NCBI RefSeq assembly: GCF_000315625.1
Contig: NW_005434648.1
Span: 124,079-188,000 of the forward strand
Length of the DNA stretch: 63,922 nt
Reading direction: 5' to 3'
From: Guillardia theta CCMP2712
Taxonomy: Eukaryota; Protista; Cryptophyta
Under the pieces are notes generated by a model. That model was not told the DNA's origin. It did not search any database and saw only the letters and a program-made list of their open reading frames with translations. Made by a program: the position numbers and the translations under genes. How positions within the stretch are numbered: the stretch's first letter is position 1; each line of letters starts with the position of its first letter. Of the stretch, positions 1-11,920 are shown piece after piece.

Positions 1-1151
1 AAGGCGGGAAGGAGGAAGGGCGATGGCACATGCGGCGGCGGAGGCTCACGTGGGGAGCGTGTGGGAGGTCCTGGAAGAGTACAGAGAGAGCGTGAGGGAG
101 CTGGAGGAGGAGCAGAAGGGGATGGAGGAGGAGATGGGGAGGCTACGGGAGGAGCTGGCGAGGCTGGAAGCAGAGCGAGGCAGCGGAGGAGGCAGCGGAG
201 GAGGAGGGAGGACAGGGGAGGCGAACCCGTTCGACGACCTACTGCTGGACTTTGGGGACAAGGAGGAGGCAGGGAGAAGCGCGGGAGGGCCGGAAGGGAC
301 GGAACGGGGAGGAGGGGAGAGGGGGCTCGGGGATCTGCTCGGGCTCGGGGAGGACGGTGGAGAGGCAGGCGGGGGCTGGGGGAGGGAGGGACGAGGGCGG
401 AGGAAGGAAGGAGCTTCGGAGGGGAGATACGGATCGAGCTGAAGATAGACGGAGGGGCGGTAGAGGCGGCGGCGGTAGAGGCGGCGATAGCAGAGCTAGC
501 TACGAGCCTGGGGAGGCTGGAGGGGCAGGTAGAGGCAGGGCTGCAGGAGGCGAGGCGGCAGCGGGATCAGGACCGGGAGGAAGCAGCAAGGCGGGAAGGA
601 GGAAGGGCGATGGCACATGCGGCGGCGGAGGCTCACGTGGGGAGCGTGTGGGAGGTCCTGGAAGAGTACAGAGAGAGCGTGAGGGAGCTGGAGGAGGAGC
701 AGAAGGGGATGGAGGAGGAGATGGGGAGGCTACGGGAGGAGCTGGCGAGGCTGGAAGCAGAGCGAGGCAGCGGGGGAGGAGGAGGAGGAGGAGGAGGAGG
801 GAGGACAGGGGAGGCGAACCCGTTCGACGACCTACTGCTGGACTTTGGGGACAAGGAGGAGGCAGGGAGAAGCGCGGGAGGGCCGGAAGGGACGGAAGGG
901 GGAGGAGGGGAGAGGGGGCTCGGGGATCTGCTCGGGCTCGGGGAGGACGGGGGAGGGGCAGGCGGGGGCTGGGGGAAGGGAGGGACGAGGGCGGAGGAAG
1001 GAAGGAGCTTCGGAGGGGAGATACGGATCGAGCTGAAGATAGACGGAGGGGCGGTAGAGGCGGCGGCGGTAGAGGCGGCGATAGCAGAGCTAGCTACGAG
1101 CCTGGGGAGGCTGGAGGGGCAGGTAGAGGCAGGGCTGCAGGAGGCGAGGCG
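1..1151 (+). repeat. Tandem duplication, period about 587 bp (copy 1 truncated by window start, copy 2 at 588-1151)
   Basis: aaggcgggaaggaggaagggcgatggcacatgcggcg occurs at 1 and 588. The copies are near-identical apart from GGA-run length, a few SNPs and a 1-bp indel near 380/975. Confidence 0.95.
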
Positions 1152-3356
1152 AAAGACTGCACATTGCACGATCGTTGGTCAGGAGGAGACATCGGTCTTT
1201 TTGATCGAGCTGTGAAACTCTCTTGCCACGTAGCATCGTTGAGTGGACGGAACCTCTCGCGTCTCGAAGGTGCTCTTGATTCATTATCCTTTGCGGCCCT
1301 GACTTAACTGGCAGGTTGTTTGTCGTCACTTGTGCTGGATCTTGCGGGGCTGAGGTCTGAGATGAAAGCGAACGTGAATGAGGTAGCGGAGACTCTTTCT
1401 CTGCTCTTCTCGGACAACTTGACCCTTGTCGACCTGCTCGAAAAGAGTGAAAGTTCCCTTGAGATCGCCCTCACAAAACTTGAAGACTCTTACAGGAAGC
1501 ATCAGTCCGATGGTGGGTGCTGCTGCTGCTGCTGCTGCTTCTGATGTCACTGCAGGCATGTTTGATTCAGTTTCTGCGCTGTCCGTTACAGCCAAGCTTG
1601 AGGAGAGCGAGCCTGTCAGGTTGGAGGAGGGCAAGGGGGTCAGTGCGATCGAGGGGGAGGACGTGAACTGCTTGTGGAGCATGGACGAGGATCTTTCAAA
1701 CCTTGAGAACAAGATGCTCGACCTTCGCTTCGAGCACGAGTACTCAATGCAGCAGCTGCGGTCTCCCAACCCCAACGGCACTTCGGTCGCCTTCCCCTCT
1801 GTGGACGGGGAGGTTTCGCGGGTAGGGAGGAGGGAAAGCAGAGAGGAGGAGAGGAGGACGAGTCTCGACTTGGACGAGGATGATCACGCGGCAAGGCAAG
1901 TCATGGGCGCGATCGCGAGCATCCGCATGGAAGTGATGGGAGGGGAGGGAGGGAGCGGCTCAAGCGATCTGATGGAGAAGATCCTCAACGTGTTTGTGCA
2001 CGTCGAGAATATCCTTCACAGCTATCACTCGCGCTTCCTCTACCTCAAGACCCACCAGAGGAAGACGGAGCGAGAGCTCGCAGTCCAGCTGGAGCAGAGC
2101 TACAGCATCCTCCAGCACCTGCAAGACGAGAAGTCCGTCCTCCTGTCACAGCTGGAGGCGGCCGAGGAGTCCAAGGCTGCGACGGAGAGCATGACCAAGG
2201 AGCTGGCTGCCCTGGCGCAGGAGCTGCACGCTAAGCTGAGAGAATCTTCGATGCGTGAGCAGAGCTGGAGGGACGCGAGCAGCAAGTTGACGGAGATCGT
2301 TCGGAGCCTCGAGGCTGCCGCCATCTCTCAGCAGGAGATGCTCAACCTGTGCCACTGCCCGTGCGCCTGCTGCGGTAGCATCTCCTGCCAGTGCGAGACC
2401 TCCGCTCCCCCTGCCCCTGCTTCAGCTCCTCCATCAGCTCCTCCCTCAGCTCCTCCCTCGATCAACCGCGGGGAGTGGGATCGCCTTCAAGAGCAGCTGC
2501 AGCAGGAGCAGGATCGTGTTGTCCAGCTCAAGGCTGAGCTGCCGCGCATCGAGTCGGAGATGGGGGATGCAAGTCCCGACCCTCACCGGCCGCCGCATCT
2601 TGTCACCCCAGAGGTCAGCGCGAGTTTCGTCATGGCAGAGTCACGAGCCATGAAGCTCGAGTCCTCCCTCATGAGCCTCTTCGACAGCCCTCGTGCTGCC
2701 CATGGCGGCGCCCTCCTCCCCCCTCCACCTCCTGCTGGGGTTACTGCTGGGGATGCAGTTGGGTCGAGGTCGACGAGCGACGGGCGAGCGCCTCCCCCAA
2801 CGGCAGAGATGGCGGCCCAGGCGGCGCCCTACGTGCATCAGAGCATGCTTCATGGCCTCGTGCTCCGGCTATTCCTCGAAGTCTCCCGGGCGCGCGTCAT
2901 GCTGCATTCGATATCGCCCGAGGCAGCAGGAGCAGCAGGAGGGAAGGGGAGGAGCTCACCGCTGCCTCCCTCGCTTCCAGCCTGGAGCAGCTCAAGGCGC
3001 TGCATGCTAACACGGTCAACGTCATGCTGTTCGAGCTCGAATCTCTCACAGCCAAGGTCCCCCCACGTCCTCCCCCTTCCCGCCTGCTCTCTCCCCTCTT
3101 CACTTCGCCCTCTCCTCTCTCCTCCCTGCTCCCTCTTGCTCTCAACCCCTCCTCTCCCTTTCGTCATGTATCCTCTTCTTTCTGCCAGCGCTGACTGCAA
3201 TCAGGTCAATCGAGCGATTCACATGTTCGCGGGAAGGAAGAGAGACGCGCAGCGGGGCGTTAGGAGGTGGACGTGAGAATTTTCTCATTGCCCGAGCTGA
3301 CGATGGGCAGGCAGGGGAGCACGAGCAGCACGCAGAGTTTGCAATTCGTGATCTGA
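1..3356 (+). CDS. Hypothetical coiled-coil protein, multi-exon, 5' end probably outside the window
   Basis: E/L/R-rich heptad-like ORFs 61-1215, 1320-1544 and 1426-3276 with plausible GT-AG introns between them. No recognisable domain; ends approximate. Confidence 0.5.
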
Positions 3357-3468
3357 GAGAGCAACTTTCATTACTAGTTGTACTTCTATTAGAAAATACG
3401 AGAAAAAACAAAACAATACTAGAAACCAACAAGATTGTGCACGTCGACGAAGAGTTTCGATCAAATTT

Positions 3469-5273
3469 TTACATGGATTGCATTTGGGCCTGCAGCACGT
3501 CAGGGTGGGGGATGGCGGTGAAGTCGCAGCCACCTGAATTTGCATCATCTGCTGCTGCTGCTGCTGCACCTTGGCATTTTCCAGCACCATCATGAGCTGC
3601 TTTATCCTATCCTTCCACCTGTTTCCTCCCATTAGCCCTCCCTCCCTCCCTCCCTCCCTCCTCCTCACCCCACAAGCTTCGACCGCAACTCGGTCCACTT
3701 CGCCTTAGAAAAGATTCTATCCTTGCAGTGACTGCGGCACAAAGTCCGTCAGCGGAACGGGAGGGGCTGAGGAGACTTGGCTCACTTGATAACCAGGACC
3801 TTGTTCAGCTGGTCCATCTTGGCATCCATGAGCTCCGCCGTGATCGCCTTGATCGCCCAGGACTCGACCTCGCTCTCCTGCACCTGAAGGTTTTGAGCGA
3901 TCTCCGCGTATCCGATCTCCTTGGAGTTCGCAGCCAGCGAGCAGAGAGTCAGGAGTCTCATCTTCAAAATGCATTCCTCCTTCTTCAACCCTGCCGCACC
4001 TCCCCCGTCAGCAACTGTCTCCAACTCCCCCGTCCTCTCCCTCTCGCACCTAGGCTTTCAACGTAAGAGCTGCTGGACGCGTAGAACTTGTTGAACCCCT
4101 CCAAGTTGTCGTGAGAGAACAGCTGCAGCAGCGTGAAGGTCTTGCCATGCTTCGAATCATTCTCGAGCGCCCGGATGGCATTGAGCTCCAGGTAGGTGTC
4201 GTACTGGTAGATCTTGGGGTCTGAAATCGCCTCAACCACCGCGATGTTCGCCTGCACCTTCGCCTCCTCAAGGTTCCTCTCCCCCTGGAACGACTCGAGG
4301 TACTTGATCCTGAACTGATGAGCCTTGTCCCTGCTGTCATGCTTCGCCATCGAGTCGAAGATCACTTGATACAGCGCCCTCGTCTTCTGAATGTCAGTTC
4401 CCCACTCCCCGAGCATGCTCTCCAGCTGGTCGAACTGGCTCGTGACCAGGGCGAAATGTTCCTTCCCTGCCGCCGCCGCGTATTCCACGATGGCCAGGAA
4501 GGTGTTGTACCTGGCAGTGCCGTTTCCTCCCAGGATGTTGTAGATGGTGCTCATGCTGCCAGCCAAAGGTGAGCGTCAACAAAGCAAAGGGCGCATGCTA
4601 GCTACGTCTTCAGACGAAGGGTGGGATGGAGGGTGACATCGCTGCGGAGGCGCTGGAGGAACTTGTCGACCAGCGTGACAGCTTCAGCAGGAGCTGTGTT
4701 GTTCTCGAGGACGCGCTGGAACAGCCAGCAAACTACGTTCAACGCTCCCTCTACTGTCTCCTTCTCCTTCTCCTTCTCTCCAGCTTGAGAGAAAATCTGG
4801 TCCAAGTTCTCCAAGGCCAAGTCGAAGGCCTTCTGGTCCGAGATCTTCTCATCGATCGCTCCAGGATCTTGTCCGATCAGCAGGTACACGTAGCGAGAAA
4901 ACTCCAATGCTGGATCGAAGAAGCCTGTTGTGGCATGTTAGGGCGCAACAGAAAAAAATCTGCCAGACCGCATGGCAGAGAGAGAGGGGCAAGCATCAAC
5001 TTATAGCATAACAATCAAAGGGAAAGAATATGACACAAAGAAACAAGAGACGACGGTAAATGCGTGGACACGTAGGTAAAGCACACAACATTGCCGTCGC
5101 TTTCCGTGGACATCACAGTAATGGAACGACAAGGTCAAGGAAGTGAATGGTAGCGAGCGAGAGGGAGAGGAGAGGAGAGGAGGAGGAGAGGAGGAGGAGA
5201 GGAGGAGGAGAGGAGGAGAAATCTCGGAATTCTGACCCGGCTCGTCGGCTGGAAGATGCAGGAAATTCGCCAT
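3469..5273 (-). CDS. eIF3m: Translation initiation factor 3 subunit M (PCI domain), about 6-7 exons
   Basis: Spliced read: MANFLHLPADEPG|FFDPALEFSRY...AVVEAISDPKIYQYDTYLELNAIRALE...KMRLLTLCSLA...IGYAEIAQNLQVQESEVESWAIKAITAELMDAKMDQLNKVLVI...RIFSKAKWTELRSKL..WK. This matches the eIF3m PCI signature. Confidence 0.9.
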
Positions 5274-5676
5274 GATTGACGCGTGGCGGCGCTCGTGGCG
5301 TGAAGAACTGCAGGGCTGGGGGGTGGGATGTGTTCAGGGTGGGGTAGTAGAAAGGGGGTATACAGAAATGTGTAGGGTGGGGTACAATAATGCTCAGTGG
5401 TAGTTAAGGGTACCTACCTTGTTACCGGTAAATAGCAGTGTGATTTATTGGTAATATGGGGGTCATCAAAATTGTCGATTCCTTGATGTAGGGTGGTAGA
5501 AGGATGGTACAAATCCTATTACGGTACCCAATATGGCGAATTTATTTGAAGGGGGGTAGGGTGTCATTACCAGGGGTGGTAAAATATTCCCGAGGCAGAC
5601 CCGGAATAGCGATTTCCATAATTATATTGATATATGCATATTTTTAGATAATTAAAACAAGGAAACCCTAGCATTT

Positions 5677-7707
5677 ATGACGGCGGGTATGGCTGGGACG
5701 GCGGTGCTGGTCATGCTGGGGCTCCTTGCGGGAGCCGAGGGCTTCATGGTGGCTCCTCCCATGAGACCTACGGGCGCCTGCAGCTGCTCCCTGAGGTCTC
5801 TCCCCTTGCAGCAGCGGCGTTCGTGCCGCCAGCCGGCATCGAGAAGGAGCATGACGCTGAGGTGAACGGGATCTCAACTTCCTCCTCATCCTCCATTGCC
5901 TTCACTCCTCCGACCTCCTTCATACCACTATCAGCTCTGTTTTATCTCTCCTCCACCTCATTCATACCACTATCAGCTCTGTTTTATCTCTCTTCCACAT
6001 CCTTCTACGAAATTTTGACGTTTCTCACCGAATTTGGCGTTTCTCACCGAATTTGGCACCACAACAGGATGGCCACGTCGTTGGAGACCGATTCATCTCT
6101 ACTTACAAGGATCGAGGAGGCGCAGAGCGGAGACACGATCGTGCTCGGCAAGGGAACTTATGTGCTCCCCAAGCCAGTGGTGCTGTCGAAGGATGTCACC
6201 ATCAAGGCAGAAGACGGTCTTCTCCCTACCGACGTTGTGATTGTTGGCGAAGCCCCCACCGACCGAAGAGGTGTGATGCTGACTGTGTCGGGAGCCAATG
6301 TAAGTTTGTGCCATGCGCGCGTGTGAAGGCTGATGGCGCTGATGTGAAGGTGAAGCTGCAAGGAGTCAAGATCCTGCATAAGGGAGGATCGGTTGCTGGC
6401 TGCTAGTGATGGTGGTCGAACTGAAGTTACTCGTCTAACAGATTCCTGGAACCCTCTCAAATGGCCTCGGATCCATCTGCATGATGGTTTTGGAGCCTGG
6501 CGATGGGCGAAACTCCAAGCTCACACTTGTAGGAGGAGGAGCAGGAAGTGGTGGTGGAGGTGGTGGAGGGGTGGGGAGAGCGTATGGGTGGGTATGTGTG
6601 GGTGTGAGGACGAGGGGCGGGGGGAGCAGAAGGGGTGGGCCGTCCAACGGCTGATGCTTACTTGCAGGACGAATGCTTCGTCTCCACCGAGACCTCCACG
6701 GCTGTGTTCGTCACTGGAGTACGAGGCTCATGACCGACTTGCCGAGGGTGACGCTGCTATGAAGGGAACGTCTCGTGTGAATGTCGACACATGCACCATC
6801 GGCCCTTGCGGTTGGGATGTGGAGAGCTCGTCGGGGTATGGCATCTGTATCTTCAAGGGTGAGCCGGGACTTGTCACCTCCTCGTCCTCGTCCTCCTCCC
6901 TCCTCCTCCTACCACTCCCTCTCCCTCTGCTCCTCTCCCTCCGCCCCACCTCCCTCCTCTCCTTCACTCACTAGTCCTCCTCGTCCTTCCCAACCTCGTC
7001 TGAAGCTTGCTGGTCAGGAGCGCACGGAGAGGTGTTGAACACGGATGTCTACAGGTGAGTTGATGGAGCAGGACCAGGAGCAGGAGGGGGAGCTGACAAG
7101 GAGTCAAGATGCGCGCAGTCAGGCATCATCGCCTTCTACGAGGGCTCCTCTGCCCTCGTCATCCAGTGCGATGTGGGTGACGTCATGCCGTTGCGGGGGG
7201 TCTTGACTCTGCTGGGCAGGTTGGTCCCTGCCAGCTGGGAGGAATTGCAGCTGAGGTTTGGAGAGGAGGGAGGGAGGCACGGCAGGGGGGGTGGGTGATG
7301 GGAAAGGATGGCAAGGAAGGAGGGGGGGGAGCGGAGGAGAGGAACGAGTAGTTGAACATGGCGGGTTGCAGGGGCAGCGTGCTCAGATGAAGGCAAGCAA
7401 GGTAGGATGAGCGGCAAGACGCGGAGGAGGAACAGTCCTGGTGAATGACCCTGCAGGTGAAGCTTATCGACATCGAGTGGAAGAATTGTGCAGAGTACGA
7501 TGGTGGCGAGGTGAGCGAGGAGGGAGGTCTCGGTCTTGCAAGTATCTTGACCGCTCCTCAGGTGATCCTTCTAGATGAAGTTCATGCTGTTGTCAACGGA
7601 GAGGTGAGCGATAGGGTTCCCACGTTATACAGTTGACATGCTGACTGCAGACGATCGTGTTGAACGACGACAACAAGTGTGAAACTCGGCCGAAGCCATT
7701 CTTCTAA
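5677..7707 (+). CDS. Right-handed parallel beta-helix (pectin-lyase-fold) protein with putative bipartite plastid presequence
   Basis: Exon 1 reads MAGTAVLVMLGLLAGAEG|F plus an S/R-rich transit-like segment. After an intron comes IEEAQSGDTIVLGKGTYVLPKPVVLSKDVTIKA, typical of NosD/FBXO11-type beta-helix N-termini, followed by repeats such as YGICIFK and GIIAFYEGSSALV. Confidence 0.7.
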
Positions 7708-7799
7708 CACGCACTCTCTAACGATCACTCTTTTCCGCTTTCAATCAATGTCTTGCAATGGTCCAGTGTGTCTCTACTTGATCTCCCGAGATCATCTCG

Positions 7800-10700
7800 T
7801 TCCCTTTCTCTTCTTCTTCATCTGCTCACTAGTCAGATATGTCTCCATAGCATGAGGGCTTGGTCTCATCAACCTTGGGGCCCTGCCGCTTGCTGGTCCT
7901 CTCCTCCTCTGCGATGAGCTCTGCAACAGCAAGTCACATCTTGACTCCCGAGCTTCTCTTCGAGCGAACCTGCGGCGATCTGATCCGCTTGCGCCTGAAG
8001 GAAGAAATAGCAAAATCAGTTCAGCAAGACAGAGTTGTTGAAATGTGTTCAGACCTTTGCTTGCATCTTTCTCTGCCTTTCGCTCAACCCTTCACAACAA
8101 GTCACGTCTTGACGCACTCTCAGTCGCGTCAACCTGGTTTCAGCTGCTGAGGGAACCCAGAGAAAGCAGACATAATTTCTGCACGCCTTTTCTGCTCAGC
8201 CGACGACAGTCTGAGTACAACCACAACCCTAGTCAGACATAGTTGGAAGCCGCATAGGAAGTTTCGCACTCGAAGGTGTGAATAACGACGCCATCAAAGT
8301 TTTGCACGAACTCCTGTGCGGGAGCATGTCAAACAGAAGGACAACGGAACACGGAGCTTACCTCCAGCGAGAGCCAGAACACATCTTTGCGACCTTTCTG
8401 AGCCCTGCTGGCAGCTTCTCTGACGCTGTTTTTCTCGTCTCCAATTTGCTTCCACTGTTCAGGTCTCCCTTTCCACTTTCCAGAACCATCGACACTGAAA
8501 ACAAAAGCTCATTCAACGCATCAGCGACGAGGAGTAAGCACCTTCCAAAGGGGCTGCGGAGGAGGAGGAGCCTCTCGTTTCCTGCAGCCACAGCCTCCAG
8601 CACGATGAAGGTTTGACCTCTGCCCTCTCAAGTCACCTCTCGCTCTCTAATGTATCTTTATCTTGTCGTTTCTCTACCTTGGAATATTCGAGGCGTCGTT
8701 GTTTCCCCCCTCAGAAGCAGCTGCTGACACAAGAAGTCAGGAACAGGCACTTCGCTCAGCTGGACCCACATGCGCAACTGCCAGCAAGGACAAGACTCCT
8801 CTGGTTGGAGAGGCCGTCGCTGATCTGCTTGAAAAGCTTCTGACAACTCTTGGACTGACTGGAGGCATCCTTTCGCAACTCGTCCCCTATTACGATCTCC
8901 ATATCATCTCCATCTGTTTGCGGGTAAGAAAATCATACTATCCAATGCAAGTGTCTCACTGTCAATCATACTGAGCACTTTGCTCATCTTCTCTACCCCA
9001 TAGATCGCCAAGAATCCTCCACACAACTTGGCGCATGCCTGATTACTCTTGTGAACCCGCTGCTCCCTATAGAACATGAAAGGCCACCTTCTCGATCACC
9101 AAGGACCAAGTATCGTGCACGTTCGTCTCTCCACTTCCGAAGACAAGCTTCAGAGCGCGCTGCCCTCTGCAACAATGTGTCAATCCCTTCGATTTTCAGG
9201 ATCAGGTTGGAGATCTACTTGAGATGACTGTCGTTCTTGTTGTAGTTGGAACAAGGAAAGAAGAGGTCAACCCAGACCATCTGAAACCTTCCTTCCCATC
9301 TCAGAGAGACTCCAAGAATGCCCTGGGTCATTCCAATCATCGCAAGGATCTTTCATGGGAAAGCTAATACATGAGACTCGTAGGTGCGATCGATGAGCGC
9401 GTCGCACAGGAGCGGATTGCTCTGCAGGGCTGAACATTTTATCATGATATGACTGACTGCCACATCCTCCCTCTTGCTACCTGCAACAATCACTCCGCTG
9501 GCATAATGGTCGATGCTCGAGACGAGTTGAACGGGGGAGCTCTGACGACAATCGGCCATCACATCCAGGAAAGAGCAAGAACAACATCTTGCGATCACCT
9601 CGTCATCGACGTCGTCATCGATGAGCCACGTTCTGTCATCGTTTGAAGATCTAAGATCAAAATAAGATCATACAGCTCGTCGAACTCTCGAGGTTTCACC
9701 TCAACAAGGACCTTCGAGTAACGCAGAACTCCATAGGGTTGGCCCAGATTACGCCCATCGACTTCAAGCAACACGTTGCCATCAACACAGCGTCTTACAC
9801 GAGGAGCGATGTTCACCTTGATAAGGTCTAGGGCTGACTGATGATTCTTGCTCACGAGGGATGAGGAGATGGAAGAGTCCTCATGAGGGAAATCCGGGTC
9901 TTTCCACCACTTCTTGTTTTTCTTGCACTTCTGGACTTCACCTGCTCAAGGTTTCAAATGTGACGCTTTCATCCACATCACCCGCTTGCTCCACCTTGGA
10001 TTGACGTGTAGTATATTGATCTGCAAAGTCCCCAGAGACGTGAGCGAGCAACGAAGGGGTTGGGACTCGGTATCACCTTTGTGAGTTTGCCTTAGCTTCT
10101 TGAATTCGGGCAGGAACCCCTTGGTCGGCTGAACTTTGCTCCAAGAGAGGACGGGACGCGCTCTGAGCTGGTATTCTTTTGTCTTGCAGCTGAAATGAGC
10201 GAGGATTGCAACTGAAACGACATTACCTTCAGCTGGCGACCAATATTCCAATGGGCTCATGATCAGTTCGAGCAGCCTATTCGCGACTGACAGGGACAGG
10301 GGTAAGCGGACTCTCCAGGAGTCAAACAAGATGTGTCTTTCTGTATCACCTGACGATCTCATGCCTTGGGCCACAACATCATTCAGCCACCGGCCACTCG
10401 TCGACAATAAGTTCACGTTGGCGTCCTTTGGTGAGTTCCTGTCATCGACAGCCATCTCGGGCCTGTACAACATCTAAGGCAACGTCGCTCCTGAGAGCGT
10501 CAGGTCACATCAGGAATCTCTCAGGCAGGAGCAAGGAGGCGGAAGACATAGCTTCAGGGTCAACCTTCAGCCTGCGGAGAACACCAGGAGGGTCAGTCAC
10601 GGAACCCGCTATTTGAAGAGTTTGCTTACACTCCCTTGAGGTTCTTCCGGTCTAGAGTTTGATCCTCTGAGCCCGCCTTTGACTTGCGCTTCCTGAGAGA

Positions 10701-11290
10701 GGAAAGAGAGGAAGCATGTCACAGCCTGAAACGAACTTGCACTCTTCCTCTTACTTGGGGAGGAGCACCATGGTCGAGACGATCGCTAGTATCGCTGCTG
10801 GTACCTGTTGACAGCCATCACCGACCAACTTGTTCTCATTCGGGTGCAGCAACGACCGCTATGGCGAGCATAACTCCTGCATTGGCGGTCGGCATTGTTG
10901 GGCACCTGGAGCACAACCAGGTAAATTCCACCATCACATTTCATCATCTTTGTTTGTGCACGATGGCTGCACCGGACGAGCAAAACACGCGTGATAAGAA
11001 AAACCAATCAAGTCATCTAGAAGGAAAGTGATGCACAAATTAGACTCAAGTTGATCGCTCTGAACAGCAACCATCCTGCATTGCAGCTGCGCATTCAGAC
11101 TGGCAGGCTCTTTTGCGCTTCCTCACAAAAGCTCTCAGTGATTCCTACAGCAGCCCCAGCACAACCCAGCCCCTGACAAGGATGCAACAACCTTCAGTCA
11201 TTGTTTGTTACATCTCCTCGCCTCATGTCTGCTCTACTCCTCCCCCTCCTCCCCTCGCTCCCTGCTCTTGCTCCACCCATGCAGCCCATG
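7800..11290 (-). CDS. Calpain-like (CysPc) protein, catalytic residues substituted; gene ends uncertain, domain core about 8240-9910
   Basis: Calpain motifs occur in order across exons: WKDPDFP (about 9890), GILGVSLRWEGRFQMVWVDLFFP (about 9255-9325), WSLVIEK|ACAKLCGG (about 9015-9110), GQTFIVL, LLLLRSPFG (about 8550), VFWLSLE|EFVQNF. Confidence 0.75.
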
Positions 11291-11920
11291 CGTCTCAAGC
11301 TTGCCATGCTTACTATGCCACCCCCTTTGGTGATCTCTACCCCTATAGCTCCACATCTACCCTACCCATTTGTCCATCACCCCCATTTGTCCACCTATTA
11401 GCGACCCTGACGTACATCTGTCGATTTTCATATAGCGGTTGCTATAAATTCTCGTGTACTGAAATGCCATGTAGACCATGGTGTTGAAGTACCCCTTCTC
11501 GATACCTCATACCCCCTTGTTCAAGACCCCCAGAACACCGCACCCCCACCATGGAGCAAGAGCCTTCTTGTTTGCAAGCACAGAATTTTCTAGGAGATTT
11601 CAAATATGCTGAACACCAGTTTCTCTTAAGTTTGAAATCTTTATGTATATTTTCAAATATCCGAACATCTTTTCGTAAACTGGATGTGTCCCACCCCACG
11701 TACCCCCACCCGCCGAGCCCCACCAGACTTATTCGATGCTTACTATAGCCTACCACCCCCACCCCCTTCAAAATTCTACAAACACGCAGGTACCCACCCT
11801 TATATAACACCACTCGTTTTATTATCAATTTTAAAATGGTAAAATATAGTAGCTCATATAATTATATATAATCGAATTTAAGTGAAAATTCGTATTGTGC
11901 GACATGGTGGAAATGGATAA

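Noticed and set aside
5914-6057. 45-bp and 19-bp tandem duplications
   Set aside because: Local slippage within an intron; no evidence of function.
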